From Candidatus Hodarchaeota archaeon (GTDB lineage Archaea > Asgardarchaeota > Heimdallarchaeia > Hodarchaeales > Hodarchaeaceae), in NCBI GenBank assembly GCA_016839785.1, contig JAEOTQ010000098.1, positions 1 through 13,478 on the forward strand: a stretch of 13,478 nt of DNA, given 5' to 3'. Below are positions 1 through 8,534 of this stretch, one piece after another. The position numbers were made by a program, and so were the translations under genes. Below the pieces are notes generated by a model, which worked only from the letters and a program-made list of their open reading frames with translations, searched no databases and was not told where the DNA came from. Numbering within the stretch: position 1 is the stretch's first letter; each line of letters starts with the position of its first letter.

Positions 1-10
1 AGTCTTCACG
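1..10. repeat. IS terminal inverted repeat (transposase 3' side, clipped by window edge)
   Basis: AGTCTTCACG is the exact reverse complement of 1347-1356. Confidence 0.85.
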
Positions 11-1256
11 CATCACCTCCTCGAAATTGAAGCTGTGGGAGTATTTCCCGCCGTACAAAACGGAGAAACCACCGAGCTATGCATACTAATTCATCAGCTT
101 GTTTAATCATTACTAAACTTTCCGAAGAGAAGGGAGAAGATCGTTCCTCATTTAACCGTTGAATTAAGGTGGAATAAACTATCCAAAGGGCATTAAAAAC
201 CATAGCTAAGCCGTAGAGAAGCATTCGAAGTTGGGGTTTGGTACTATTCGTCACAGCTTTGAATTCGTTAATACAACGAATGTCGGTCTCCACAATCCAC
301 CTCTTACTATATAATCGGACTACTGTCCGGGGAGAGACAGTAATATTGGTTAGATACAAAAATAAGCCATAACTCGCTCTTTTATACGGATTTTTATAAT
401 AAGTCCGCCGTCGTACAAATGCGGCCACGAGGGGGACTGGCTTCTGTCGTTTACCAGTCGAGACGTGCTCGACACGATACGTATCCAAACTTTTCTGCCG
501 TAACCAGCGACCCAATGCCAAAGAATCTGTGGTATTGATACCCGCTTGCTGTGCGAGAGCGTGTACCGTTTCTTGAATCATTTGGGCTGCCTGTTTGATC
601 CGTCCATGACGAATCGCTGCAATGACATATTCCAACCCTCTGTCTTCTGCTACTTCAATAATACTTTCCTGACAGAAACCACGATCAAAAAGCACCCGTT
701 TCACTGGTAACCAGACAAATAAATCGTCTAAAATCTCACTTACAACATCAGCTTTGCGCTTCAATCGGTCTTTCGTCATGAGACGAACGGCTACGGGACA
801 TCGAATGTTTTGAGTGGCGATAGTGACTACTAAGTAACTAATAGCATAGTTAGTCCCTTTTTTCCGCTTAGTACCAGTTATCCATTGGTGAGACGAATTT
901 CCATAAAACGGTTGATTGTATAAATCGAAAGCCAATGTGACTTTGGTCTTAGGATGAAATTTCAACCTAGAGACCACTTCAATGAGCCACCCATTGACTA
1001 GTTGTTCTGTTTGTTCGAATTGGAGTTCTGCACACCGTTTATGAACTGTATCGGCTGAGGGGCCGCTGTTCGTTGAACAAATGTCTTCTAAGGAAGTACG
1101 CTCCAAACACACTTGAACTAATCTTTTAACAATGTCCTGAGGATTCCAAGTACTTTTGGAGGAGTATTTACCAATTATCTTGGTAGTATCATATCCATCA
1201 CAAACTTTATAAAGCTCAGAATGGATGAATTGTTTGGTGATTCTGGGAATTTTCAT
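6..1256 (-). CDS. ISH3-family DDE transposase (416 aa)
   Basis: Motifs SLEDIC..GPSADTV, LAFDLY.QPFYG (D1), GTNYA, LFDRGF (D2), YSKRWIVETDIR (Y-R-E motif, catalytic E). The stop codon lies inside the terminal inverted repeat. Confidence 0.9.
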   Translation of the reverse strand: MKIPRITKQFIHSELYKVCDGYDTTKIIGKYSSKSTWNPQDIVKRLVQVCLERTSLEDICSTNSGPSADTVHKRCAELQFEQTEQLVNGWLIEVVSRLKFHPKTKVTLAFDLYNQPFYGNSSHQWITGTKRKKGTNYAISYLVVTIATQNIRCPVAVRLMTKDRLKRKADVVSEILDDLFVWLPVKRVLFDRGFCQESIIEVAEDRGLEYVIAAIRHGRIKQAAQMIQETVHALAQQAGINTTDSLALGRWLRQKSLDTYRVEHVSTGKRQKPVPLVAAFVRRRTYYKNPYKRASYGLFLYLTNITVSPRTVVRLYSKRWIVETDIRCINEFKAVTNSTKPQLRMLLYGLAMVFNALWIVYSTLIQRLNEERSSPFSSESLVMIKQADELVCIARWFLRFVRREILPQLQFRGGDA

Positions 1257-1292
1257 TTGAAGCCCTCAAATGTTATTATTTCCCGAATCATC

Positions 1293-1308
1293 ACTTAAAA
1301 AGTTTTCG
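1293..1308 (-). promoter_or_regulatory. Putative archaeal BRE/TATA promoter of the transposase
   Basis: Minus strand reads CGAAAACTTTTTAAGT about 40 nt upstream of the ATG, inside the IS. Confidence 0.55.
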
Positions 1309-1346
1309 TAGGAAAAATTAACTGGATTGTTTCATTATCGAAGTTA

Positions 1347-1357
1347 CGTGAAGACTG
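1347..1357. repeat. IS terminal inverted repeat (transposase 5' side)
   Basis: CGTGAAGACTG; reverse complement is CAGTCTTCACG. Confidence 0.85.
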
Positions 1358-1623
1358 AAAATTGGTGAAGGAATAAATGAAATAAAGATATATAGACCCA
1401 AAGGTAAATTTGATAATGTCTGGAGATCGCAGAAGAGCTGAGAGATCCTCGATTACTTACTCAAGTTTGCTATAATTTAGGATACTTCTTATACACACAA
1501 GGAGACATAACGGGGACAATCGAGAAATATAACCAATCGCTACAATTTGTTAAAGAATTGCATAAAGAAAACTTTGCGCTTTATGGCAGAAATTCGTTCT
1601 CAATGGGATTCAAGGCGTTCTAG
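1358..1623 (+). pseudogene. Frameshifted 3' remnant of a TPR-repeat gene next to the IS
   Basis: From the IS end it reads KIGEGINEIKIYRPKGKFDNV, then after a frame change (from 1420) LEIAEELRDPRLLTQVCYNLGYFLYTQGDITGTIEKYNQSLQFVKELH...*, a clear TPR pattern (NLG..Y..QGD......Y..SL). No usable start codon. Confidence 0.75.
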
Positions 1624-1664
1624 CCGAAATGTATATGTTGAAAGGAGAATATAGAGTTTCATCA

Positions 1665-2621
1665 TTAATATTGATATTTCTGTTTTATCTGATCTTGATA
1701 TGTGCCGTCAAACTTACCCTGACGAATATTATTCAGGACAGAATAGATTTTATATCCACTAAGAATCTGGAGAATTGATGACGCAAAAATAACGATTGTT
1801 GAAATGCTTAATACCAAGGAAGCATTATTAATTGTTGATATCGATAAATTGTCAATGGCACTCAAGAGTAGGAGGAGCGATAATAATAGAAGCCCCCAAT
1901 AACCAAGAGTCGCAAAGGCAAACCACCTGAAACGAGATGTAGGAGCGTTATAAGGAGCACCTAACATAGTAACAAACTCTTCAAACCAAGGGGTGAATTT
2001 AAGGGCCCCTAGCACGAGAAATATGGCAATGATAATTTCTACAAAAACGTAAGTTATTCCCTGAAGGGCCATATCTCGCACTTCATCGATTGTTTCCATC
2101 GTGGTTGCTTCAAAGCCTTCTAATAACAAACCCGTGAGAAATAATGTTAATACATAAACCGAAAGGAAGACAGGAACATAACGAAGTTGAGCGTTTACAG
2201 TAAAGGGTTCTGATCGTGATATTGAATAGATACCATAAATAAAAATACCAAAACAAATAGGGTCGATCAGAGAAACAATGAATAAAAAGCCTTCACTCTC
2301 TTGGGAGCTTAAAAACATAAATAAGAAGCTAACTCCAATACCAATTAGCGGACTCAAAGCAAAAGCTAAAGCACCAATAACCAGAATATTATAATTCGAA
2401 TCATAAATTATATGACTATATTTTTCACGTGCAGTCTGAATAACAAGCGGAGGTCCTCTTTCAGTAGAAGAAGGAGTAAACGTAATCGGGTGTGATGCTG
2501 AGGAAGAGCTAGGAGCAGGTTGAGTTCTACTAATTGTTTCTTGAGGAAATCGTTCTCCACATCCCATACAAAAAGCTCCCATATCAGGATTCTCTGCCCC
2601 GCATTTAATACAATACTTCAT
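1665..2621 (-). CDS. Zinc-ribbon domain multi-pass membrane protein (318 aa)
   Basis: N-terminal YCIKCGAEN...AFCMGCG (CxxC-x10-CxxC), Ser/Pro-rich linker, then about 6 hydrophobic helices. Confidence 0.85.
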   Translation of the reverse strand: MKYCIKCGAENPDMGAFCMGCGERFPQETISRTQPAPSSSSASHPITFTPSSTERGPPLVIQTAREKYSHIIYDSNYNILVIGALAFALSPLIGIGVSFLFMFLSSQESEGFLFIVSLIDPICFGIFIYGIYSISRSEPFTVNAQLRYVPVFLSVYVLTLFLTGLLLEGFEATTMETIDEVRDMALQGITYVFVEIIIAIFLVLGALKFTPWFEEFVTMLGAPYNAPTSRFRWFAFATLGYWGLLLLSLLLLLSAIDNLSISTINNASLVLSISTIVIFASSILQILSGYKIYSVLNNIRQGKFDGTYQDQIKQKYQY

Positions 2622-2766
2622 CTCGAGACCCCAAAGAATGAATAAACCCTAAAGAGAGAGGACATTCAAAAACCTTTTTGAAATAACACGGAGAAGAAAT
2701 TCAAAAATACTTATATTATGCAAAAGTAAACAGGGAGCCGGGACAAAACCCAAAAGTAATGAAAAA

Positions 2767-3702
2767 TCATTTTCTCGGTTGTGCTAGTCTGTTACGTTTC
2801 TCATCATAATAGTCAACGTAATTTTGACCCAGAATATGTGTAAGACGAGGGTGAAACTCAGGATTCCGTTTTTGAATCCATCGAAAAGTATGTTTTAAGG
2901 TCCAAATAAGAAGGAATTGATTGATCCCCAGGTCATTCTTCGATCTAGAAGCAAGATCCTCAGTGACTGTAATATTCAAATTAAGAATCCATTGTTCAGC
3001 CAAAGTAAGAATTTTCTCAGGCATATACTTGGTCAAGTCTTTTAGATTATTGCCAACAGAGGTGCGGACATAGGTAGACGAGTCACATTTTAATTGAGAC
3101 AAAAGAATTAGAATTTGATTATTTTTAACAGGATCTCGAAGCCATTTGATTTCTGCAAGGGGTCTGAGACTTTCTGCGACTGCTCTTCGCACGTTCTCAG
3201 AAGGGAAGGTAATCCAAGAATCTAGAGCTGATAAGACGAACTCTGGTTGGTATTTTAATCCCCTCCGAATAATATACCCAGCTGTTTCGCGAACTTCCCA
3301 ATCAGGATGATCAACCCATTTCAATGTCAGATCAAAAATCTTGGAAAGTAAGTCATTTGACAAAACAGCAATCTCTCCAGCAAGAACCAGACAAAAGTAT
3401 CGAAGAAAAGGATAGTCATGTTTTTCTGCAAATAGAAATAGCCGATGGACAGATTCAAAAAGAAATTTTTCATGATGATGAGAGATGAGGGAAATAATTC
3501 CCTTTGCAGACACCTTCGCAATAAAAAATCGTCCCTTCCCAATTCGCTCCTTAGTTGGAATTGTGTTGTACTCCAAGGTAAGAAATTCGTTAATTTTAAT
3601 GAAATCTGAATCGGTTAAGAGGGCTTCTTGCCAAAGCTGTTCGTTAATCCAAAATTCTTGAGTACGCCTCCGTAATTCTTTGTGAGTATGACTAGAAACC
3701 AC
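2767..3702 (-). CDS. HEAT-repeat DNA alkylation repair protein (AlkC/AlkD-like superfamily)
   Basis: Motifs HPDWEVRETAG, SENVRRAVAESLRP, LKCDSSTYVRTSVGNNLKDLTK match the AlkC-like (COG4335-type) pattern. GTG start is uncertain. Confidence 0.8.
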   Translation of the reverse strand: MVSSHTHKELRRRTQEFWINEQLWQEALLTDSDFIKINEFLTLEYNTIPTKERIGKGRFFIAKVSAKGIISLISHHHEKFLFESVHRLFLFAEKHDYPFLRYFCLVLAGEIAVLSNDLLSKIFDLTLKWVDHPDWEVRETAGYIIRRGLKYQPEFVLSALDSWITFPSENVRRAVAESLRPLAEIKWLRDPVKNNQILILLSQLKCDSSTYVRTSVGNNLKDLTKYMPEKILTLAEQWILNLNITVTEDLASRSKNDLGINQFLLIWTLKHTFRWIQKRNPEFHPRLTHILGQNYVDYYDEKRNRLAQPRK

Positions 3703-3795
3703 GAAAAAAACCTACTAAAGAGATGAGTTCTTTGGAAGTCAGTTGATTTAAAAATAAATGCAAAGATCATCCCCCTCTGATGAAGGTGAAAAGAG

Positions 3796-4683
3796 CTGGA
3801 AACACGACGTTTTGGGAAAACTGGATATCAAGCATCGATAATAACTTTAGGAGGGTGCGGGTTAGGCTGGTTACATGAACATGAAGAGAGTCTAGAACAA
3901 GCTCAAGTTATTGCTGATTCCAATATACAACTGGCTCTGGATGCTGGAATCAATATCATTGACGTAGCACCCACATACGGAGACGCAGAATTACGGTTAC
4001 GTTCGTGTGTAGAAAAATATCGAAAAAAAATATTTTTAGCAGATAAAACAATGGAGAGGACAAAGAAAGGTGCCTGGAAAGAGTTACACCTTTCATTACA
4101 ACGTCTTGGAACAGACAAACTCGATTCATACCAATTTCATGCAGTGAAAAATATGGAAGAGTTGAATACCATATTCGGAAAAGAGGGAGCACTGGAGGCA
4201 GTGAAAGAGGCAAAAGAAACAGGTCTCATAAAAAATATCGGTATTACTGGCCATGACGATACCCGTGTCCTCGTCAACGCGCTAGAACGATTTGATGACT
4301 TTTCAACAGTTTTATTTCCGATAAATGTTGCTGCTATGGCACAACCGCATGTGGTGAATGATTATCGACCCCTTCTAGAAATTGCTCAACAGCAAGATAT
4401 CGGGGTGACCGCAATTAAAGCAATACTCAAAGGAAGATGGCAAGGGAATCAGAACTATCAGACATGGTACAAACCACTAGTCGATGGAGCTTGGATCAAT
4501 CGAGCTGTTTGGTTTACACTTTCCCAACAAGGAGTAACCACATATTCGCTCCCTTGTGATTTACGTTTGTGGCCAATGGTCATAGATGCAGCTAAACAAT
4601 TTAAAAAGCTGACCTCCACTGCACAGAAAGACATTATTCAACAGGCAAATGAGGACAAACTCATCCCGTTGTTTCCTGAATAA
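3796..4683 (+). CDS. Aldo/keto reductase (295 aa), probable CTG start
   Basis: The frame of the 4051 ORF is open back to 3790 and reads (M)ETRRFGKTGYQASIITLGG...GINIIDVAPTYGDAE...IFLADKT...YQFH, giving the full D/Y/K/H tetrad, plus IGITGH and AIKA. In-frame TGA at 3787; SD AGGTGA at 3784-3789. Confidence 0.9.
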   Translation: METRRFGKTGYQASIITLGGCGLGWLHEHEESLEQAQVIADSNIQLALDAGINIIDVAPTYGDAELRLRSCVEKYRKKIFLADKTMERTKKGAWKELHLSLQRLGTDKLDSYQFHAVKNMEELNTIFGKEGALEAVKEAKETGLIKNIGITGHDDTRVLVNALERFDDFSTVLFPINVAAMAQPHVVNDYRPLLEIAQQQDIGVTAIKAILKGRWQGNQNYQTWYKPLVDGAWINRAVWFTLSQQGVTTYSLPCDLRLWPMVIDAAKQFKKLTSTAQKDIIQQANEDKLIPLFPE

Positions 4684-4869
4684 GAACTCAAGATTCCGAA
4701 AAACAGTTCTTGCAATCCATTCAGATCGATCAACCAGAGCTCTAATTGGGTTAGTCACCATAGTTACTTTTAAAAATCCAGTCAATCCTTGTGTTCTGAT
4801 AGCTGACAAATCTAGAGGAAACTGAATGATTAGTCTCAGAAAGTTCAAGAGTAGTTGGGTGACGAAAAT

Positions 4870-7005
4870 ATGGATATAGAAGAAATAAAAACTTACTTTG
4901 AACAAGGGCGATATGATGAGGTAATCCACTCAGTTGATCTGCTACCCGAAGTACAAAAATTTGAGGGAACAAGTTACAAAATTTTAATCCTTTGTCTGAG
5001 AGGAGAAATAAAAAGAGCACTTCCATTATTTGCTCAATTAGAAAAATTTTCTAGTGCAGAAGAGAGCAATACCGTGCATTACATTGTCCTGGCATTGAAA
5101 ACTTGTATTAAAAGCTACCAAGGAAGAGAACAAGAGGTTTACGAGGCTTTTAAAGCAGGCGAGAAATACTTAGACAGAATGAATCGACAGGAAAAAAACC
5201 AGACTAAAGAATGGGAAGGATGGTTTCACTATGGGTTGGGAACATTATTTTTGAGTAGTGAAATGTATGAGAAACCAATACTAGAACACTTAAGAAAAGC
5301 TTTAGATATAATAGACAGTTTACCCAAGAAAGGGGGATTAGAATGGATTCTCCGAAATCTAACGCAATATTGTGCAATGACAAACCAAGTGGAAACTGCA
5401 GAGAAATATAGAAAAGAGATCTATAACAGAATGAATGATATAAATCATGTTTTCGGGCAAGATTTTAGTTTATCCATGTCTGCAGGATTTCAATGGTTCA
5501 GAGGTGAGTATGAAGCAAGCATTGAGGGATTTGCCAAAACCCTCTCAACTTTTGAAGGAAATAAATTATACACACTTGTGGTGGGGGTATTAAATGCACA
5601 TGCCACGATTTATCTTATGAAAGGTGAATTTGAGAAAGCCATAGAACATGCTGAAGAGGCTATCCAAGTAATGAATCAGCACGGATTCTATTGGCCTTAT
5701 CCATGGAATGTAGTAATGGGGGCATACCTCAACAAAGGAGATACAGAAACATCGTTAAAATATACAAAACAACGATTAATCCTCATGGAAGAATTTCAGA
5801 ATCACAAAGGGATCATCAAGCAATTACGCTGGATTGCACAAATCTATTACACTAAGGCAGAGTATGAAGAAGCCCTAAAGTGGACAGAGAAATGCTTACC
5901 CCATACCATAAGATCTAAAAATCTACGAGAACAAGTGTGGGTATTAGAATTAATAGGAATAATTTATTACCAGATGGGAAAGCTGGATCCGGCAATTAAA
6001 TATTTACAGCAGGCGTTAACCCTAAGTAAAGATCTTCGAAAAGAATTTGGAGGAGAAGGAATAACTACAGGTCATGTACAAGCAAATCTAGCTGAATTGT
6101 ATTCTATGAGAGGAGATTTTGACCAAGCTCTTGAGTTAATGGAAAGTAGTCTGGCATTGATGGAAAACCATGAATCGGCTTGGTATCAATACAATTTCTA
6201 TCTAACCATGGGCACAATTCTAATGAAAAAAGGTGATTTTCTAAAAGCAAAAACTCAACTTCAAAAAAGTCTGGCCTTAAATAAGAAATACGGAAATATT
6301 GAACTCTTAGCAGATACACTCTATCATTTAGTGTTAGTGAATTGCGAACTGGATTCTGTGGATGAAGCACAACAGTATTTCCAACAGCTAGAACAATTAT
6401 CGAGGACAACAACAGATCCCAAAGTGACACAACAAATTCAAATCGCTAAAGGAATCATCTACAAGAAAAGTCCACGAGCCGTAATGAAGGCAAAAGCCCA
6501 AGAAATCTTCCAACACATTGCGAGAGAAGAAAAAATTGAACTAGATTTGTCCATCTTTGGCATGCTCAACTTGTTGGAACTTTTAATCTGGGAAGTATCT
6601 AGTTCAGGACATGAAGAGGTACTGGCTGAAATCCAGCAATTATTACAACGTCTAGATAACTTGGCTCAACAACAAAAAGCTCATACATTAGAAATTGAAG
6701 TCAGATTAATCCAAAGTCGCTTAAAGCTAATTATGGGGAATATTAATCAAGCTATGGAGGTATTAAAACAAGCTCATGACATAGCACATGAAAATAACTT
6801 ATCTAATTATCAGAACAGGATTGAGAGGCAAGAAGAAGAAATAGAAGCGGAACTGCAGAAATGGAGAGAGTTAACAGAACGAAATGCCCCATTAATCGAA
6901 CGAATTCAGGAATCCCAAGTTATTGATTATATCGATACCGCCCTACGATTAGTAGGGAAGGGATCAAGTCAAGAAGAACGAATAAAAACTCCAAGTGCGA
7001 AATAG
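4870..7005 (+). CDS. Large tetratricopeptide-repeat protein (~711 aa)
   Basis: Many TPR units (IYLMKGEFEKAIEHAEEAI, IYYQMGKLDPAIKYLQQAL, LYSMRGDFDQALELMESSL) and a C-terminal coiled coil. ATG 4870 follows SD GGTGA (4858-4862) and is preferred over TTG 4855. Confidence 0.9.
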   Translation: MDIEEIKTYFEQGRYDEVIHSVDLLPEVQKFEGTSYKILILCLRGEIKRALPLFAQLEKFSSAEESNTVHYIVLALKTCIKSYQGREQEVYEAFKAGEKYLDRMNRQEKNQTKEWEGWFHYGLGTLFLSSEMYEKPILEHLRKALDIIDSLPKKGGLEWILRNLTQYCAMTNQVETAEKYRKEIYNRMNDINHVFGQDFSLSMSAGFQWFRGEYEASIEGFAKTLSTFEGNKLYTLVVGVLNAHATIYLMKGEFEKAIEHAEEAIQVMNQHGFYWPYPWNVVMGAYLNKGDTETSLKYTKQRLILMEEFQNHKGIIKQLRWIAQIYYTKAEYEEALKWTEKCLPHTIRSKNLREQVWVLELIGIIYYQMGKLDPAIKYLQQALTLSKDLRKEFGGEGITTGHVQANLAELYSMRGDFDQALELMESSLALMENHESAWYQYNFYLTMGTILMKKGDFLKAKTQLQKSLALNKKYGNIELLADTLYHLVLVNCELDSVDEAQQYFQQLEQLSRTTTDPKVTQQIQIAKGIIYKKSPRAVMKAKAQEIFQHIAREEKIELDLSIFGMLNLLELLIWEVSSSGHEEVLAEIQQLLQRLDNLAQQQKAHTLEIEVRLIQSRLKLIMGNINQAMEVLKQAHDIAHENNLSNYQNRIERQEEEIEAELQKWRELTERNAPLIERIQESQVIDYIDTALRLVGKGSSQEERIKTPSAK

Positions 7006-7091
7006 TCAAGGGAAGAGGAAATTTGTCCCTTGAAACAAAATTAGTAGAGGGGATGCATCAACGTTGTACCAAAGACCCCCTCAAATTATAA

Positions 7092-7194
7092 TAGGCCTGT
7101 CGTTTTGAATTAGACCTGCCTAAGAAGATATTGTGAGAAAAAAAACATTTTAAATCATTTCTCTATGAAATTTAGGAGTGTCAGACCCGCCTAA
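7092..7194. repeat. Pair of related imperfect palindromes flanking a TATA-like box
   Basis: TAGGCCTGTC-[10 nt]-AGACCTGCCTAA (7092-7123) and TAGGAGTGTC-AGACCCGCCTAA (7173-7194), with AAAAACATTTTAAAT at 7141-7155 between them. Confidence 0.6.
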
Positions 7195-7371
7195 TCAGTG
7201 ATAAAGAGAAAAAAGAGAAAGAAGACAGTCCTGGAGAACGGATTTGGTAAATATTCCGTTATGAGAGAACTTATGAAGGCCTAAGTCTGTCGTCCAAACT
7301 ATGCTTATTTTTCGAGTGTGTCAGAGTCAAATTTTCCGATTCTGGCATCGCGGGAATAGCTTTCACGAGCG

Positions 7372-7914
7372 ATGGCTTCCCGTAAAAATTCATTAGGCCA
7401 CTATGTTCAATCACGTAAGAAAAAATACACCCATGGAGAACAGTATCTCATTCACGTCTCCAACTCCCCTCATAAGATCTTGGTGCCTCAGATCACCACT
7501 TATGCGTATGAGACAATCGTCCGTGACAAAAAAAGACGGATAATATCCTGTGATTATGAACGATTTCACCCATATGTTTACCTATCCCCTCCTGCACGCT
7601 TTGCAGATTGGGGAGGATGGGTTGCTCCTATCTTTTCTAAAGGAAATGTTCATGGCTATGTAACCCTATATGCTCATATCGTGAGAGTAAAAACCAAAAA
7701 ATTAAAGATCCTTGAAAACCGTTATCGAGAGGAAATGGTAAGTCCTGAACACCTTGTGGTCGATCGTATTGTACCCTTTCGTTATCATGTTAATATGATC
7801 TATCGACCTGTGAATCGAGATCAAGTCCTCAGGAAACTCGACCAGCTGAAAAACCCCTACAAATATTCCCGAGCAGGCCATCAAAAAGTTACAGCCTGGT
7901 TTATGCAGTATTAA
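7372..7914 (+). CDS. Hypothetical basic protein (180 aa)
   Basis: 543-nt ORF rich in K/R/H/Y with no competing long ORF. No family recognised. Confidence 0.7.
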   Translation: MASRKNSLGHYVQSRKKKYTHGEQYLIHVSNSPHKILVPQITTYAYETIVRDKKRRIISCDYERFHPYVYLSPPARFADWGGWVAPIFSKGNVHGYVTLYAHIVRVKTKKLKILENRYREEMVSPEHLVVDRIVPFRYHVNMIYRPVNRDQVLRKLDQLKNPYKYSRAGHQKVTAWFMQY

Positions 7915-8025
7915 ATGGAAATAAACTTGCTAGAATTTGTTTTGGATCAGTGTTCAATAAATGGAATCATTTCTCATTCGAAAAATATTTACAGCACACA
8001 AGAGAAATTCCACAAGGTGCACTTT

Positions 8026-8148
8026 ATGAGTGAAGAAATAGAGGAAATGGAAGATCAAGAAAAAAATGAGAAAGAAAAGAAGAAAAAAAAAGATACGAGG
8101 TTATTCTACGACTATCCGTTAGGCCCGAAATTGAAAAAGAAGGGATAA
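8026..8148 (+). CDS. Putative 40-aa highly charged small protein
   Basis: ATG 8026 follows AGGTG (8015-8019), with an AT-rich TATA-like box near 7981-7991. Sequence MSEEIEEMEDQEKNEKEKKKKKDTRLFYDYPLGPKLKKKG. Preferred over the 7915 start. Confidence 0.45.
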   Translation: MSEEIEEMEDQEKNEKEKKKKKDTRLFYDYPLGPKLKKKG

Positions 8149-8534
8149 GAAAGAATCTGAAAATAGGGGGAGGAAAAGAACCTAGTAGGAAGAAGGGAGT
8201 ATCAACTCATATCTTAGATTAAATATATGGCAGGAGGTGGAGAGAAAACCTTGATTCTCCATAAATAACATTCCGAGTAAAACGAGTGTTATGAGATCCA
8301 CTCATAAGAAGAAGTCCTTTCCAGGTAAAGAGGAGATAGTGAAAATACTTCTACATTAATACTTCTAATACTATTTCAGTAAGCACAACCATTACAACTC
8401 AAACTGAGAACCAAAACACCTATACCAACCCCTTAGTTAGACGTTCTAGTAATAGTAATTATTCCTTCAGACACCAAACCATAAATAACTAGTTATGTAC
8501 CCCGAATTCATCAAAAAAAAGGAGACTACCCTCT

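Larger units (their letters stand above)
1..1357 (-). mobile_element. ISH3-family (IS4-like DDE) insertion sequence, ~1.36 kb
   Basis: A single DDE transposase ORF is flanked by inverted repeats AGTCTTCACG (1-10; terminal C would be position 0) and CGTGAAGACTG (1347-1357). A 5'-CAG terminus and this size fit ISH3-group elements. Target duplication cannot be checked because the left flank is outside the window. Confidence 0.85.

Noticed and set aside
3327-5026. Short minus-strand ORFs (3327-3542, 3903-4118, 3956-4213, 4561-4929, 4751-5026)
   Set aside because: They overlap or are antisense to the well-supported repair, AKR and TPR genes and show no motifs.
7006-7371. tRNA, SRP RNA or C/D-box RNA in the long intergenic region
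   Set aside because: No cloverleaf, TpsiC loop or convincing C/D box pair could be identified by eye.
8161-8330. AAGAACCTAG after a purine tract and a minus-strand hydrophobic stretch (LITLVLLGMLF) as a fifth anchor unit
   Set aside because: No GAAGAC dyad, no basic tail, wrong register and an internal stop.
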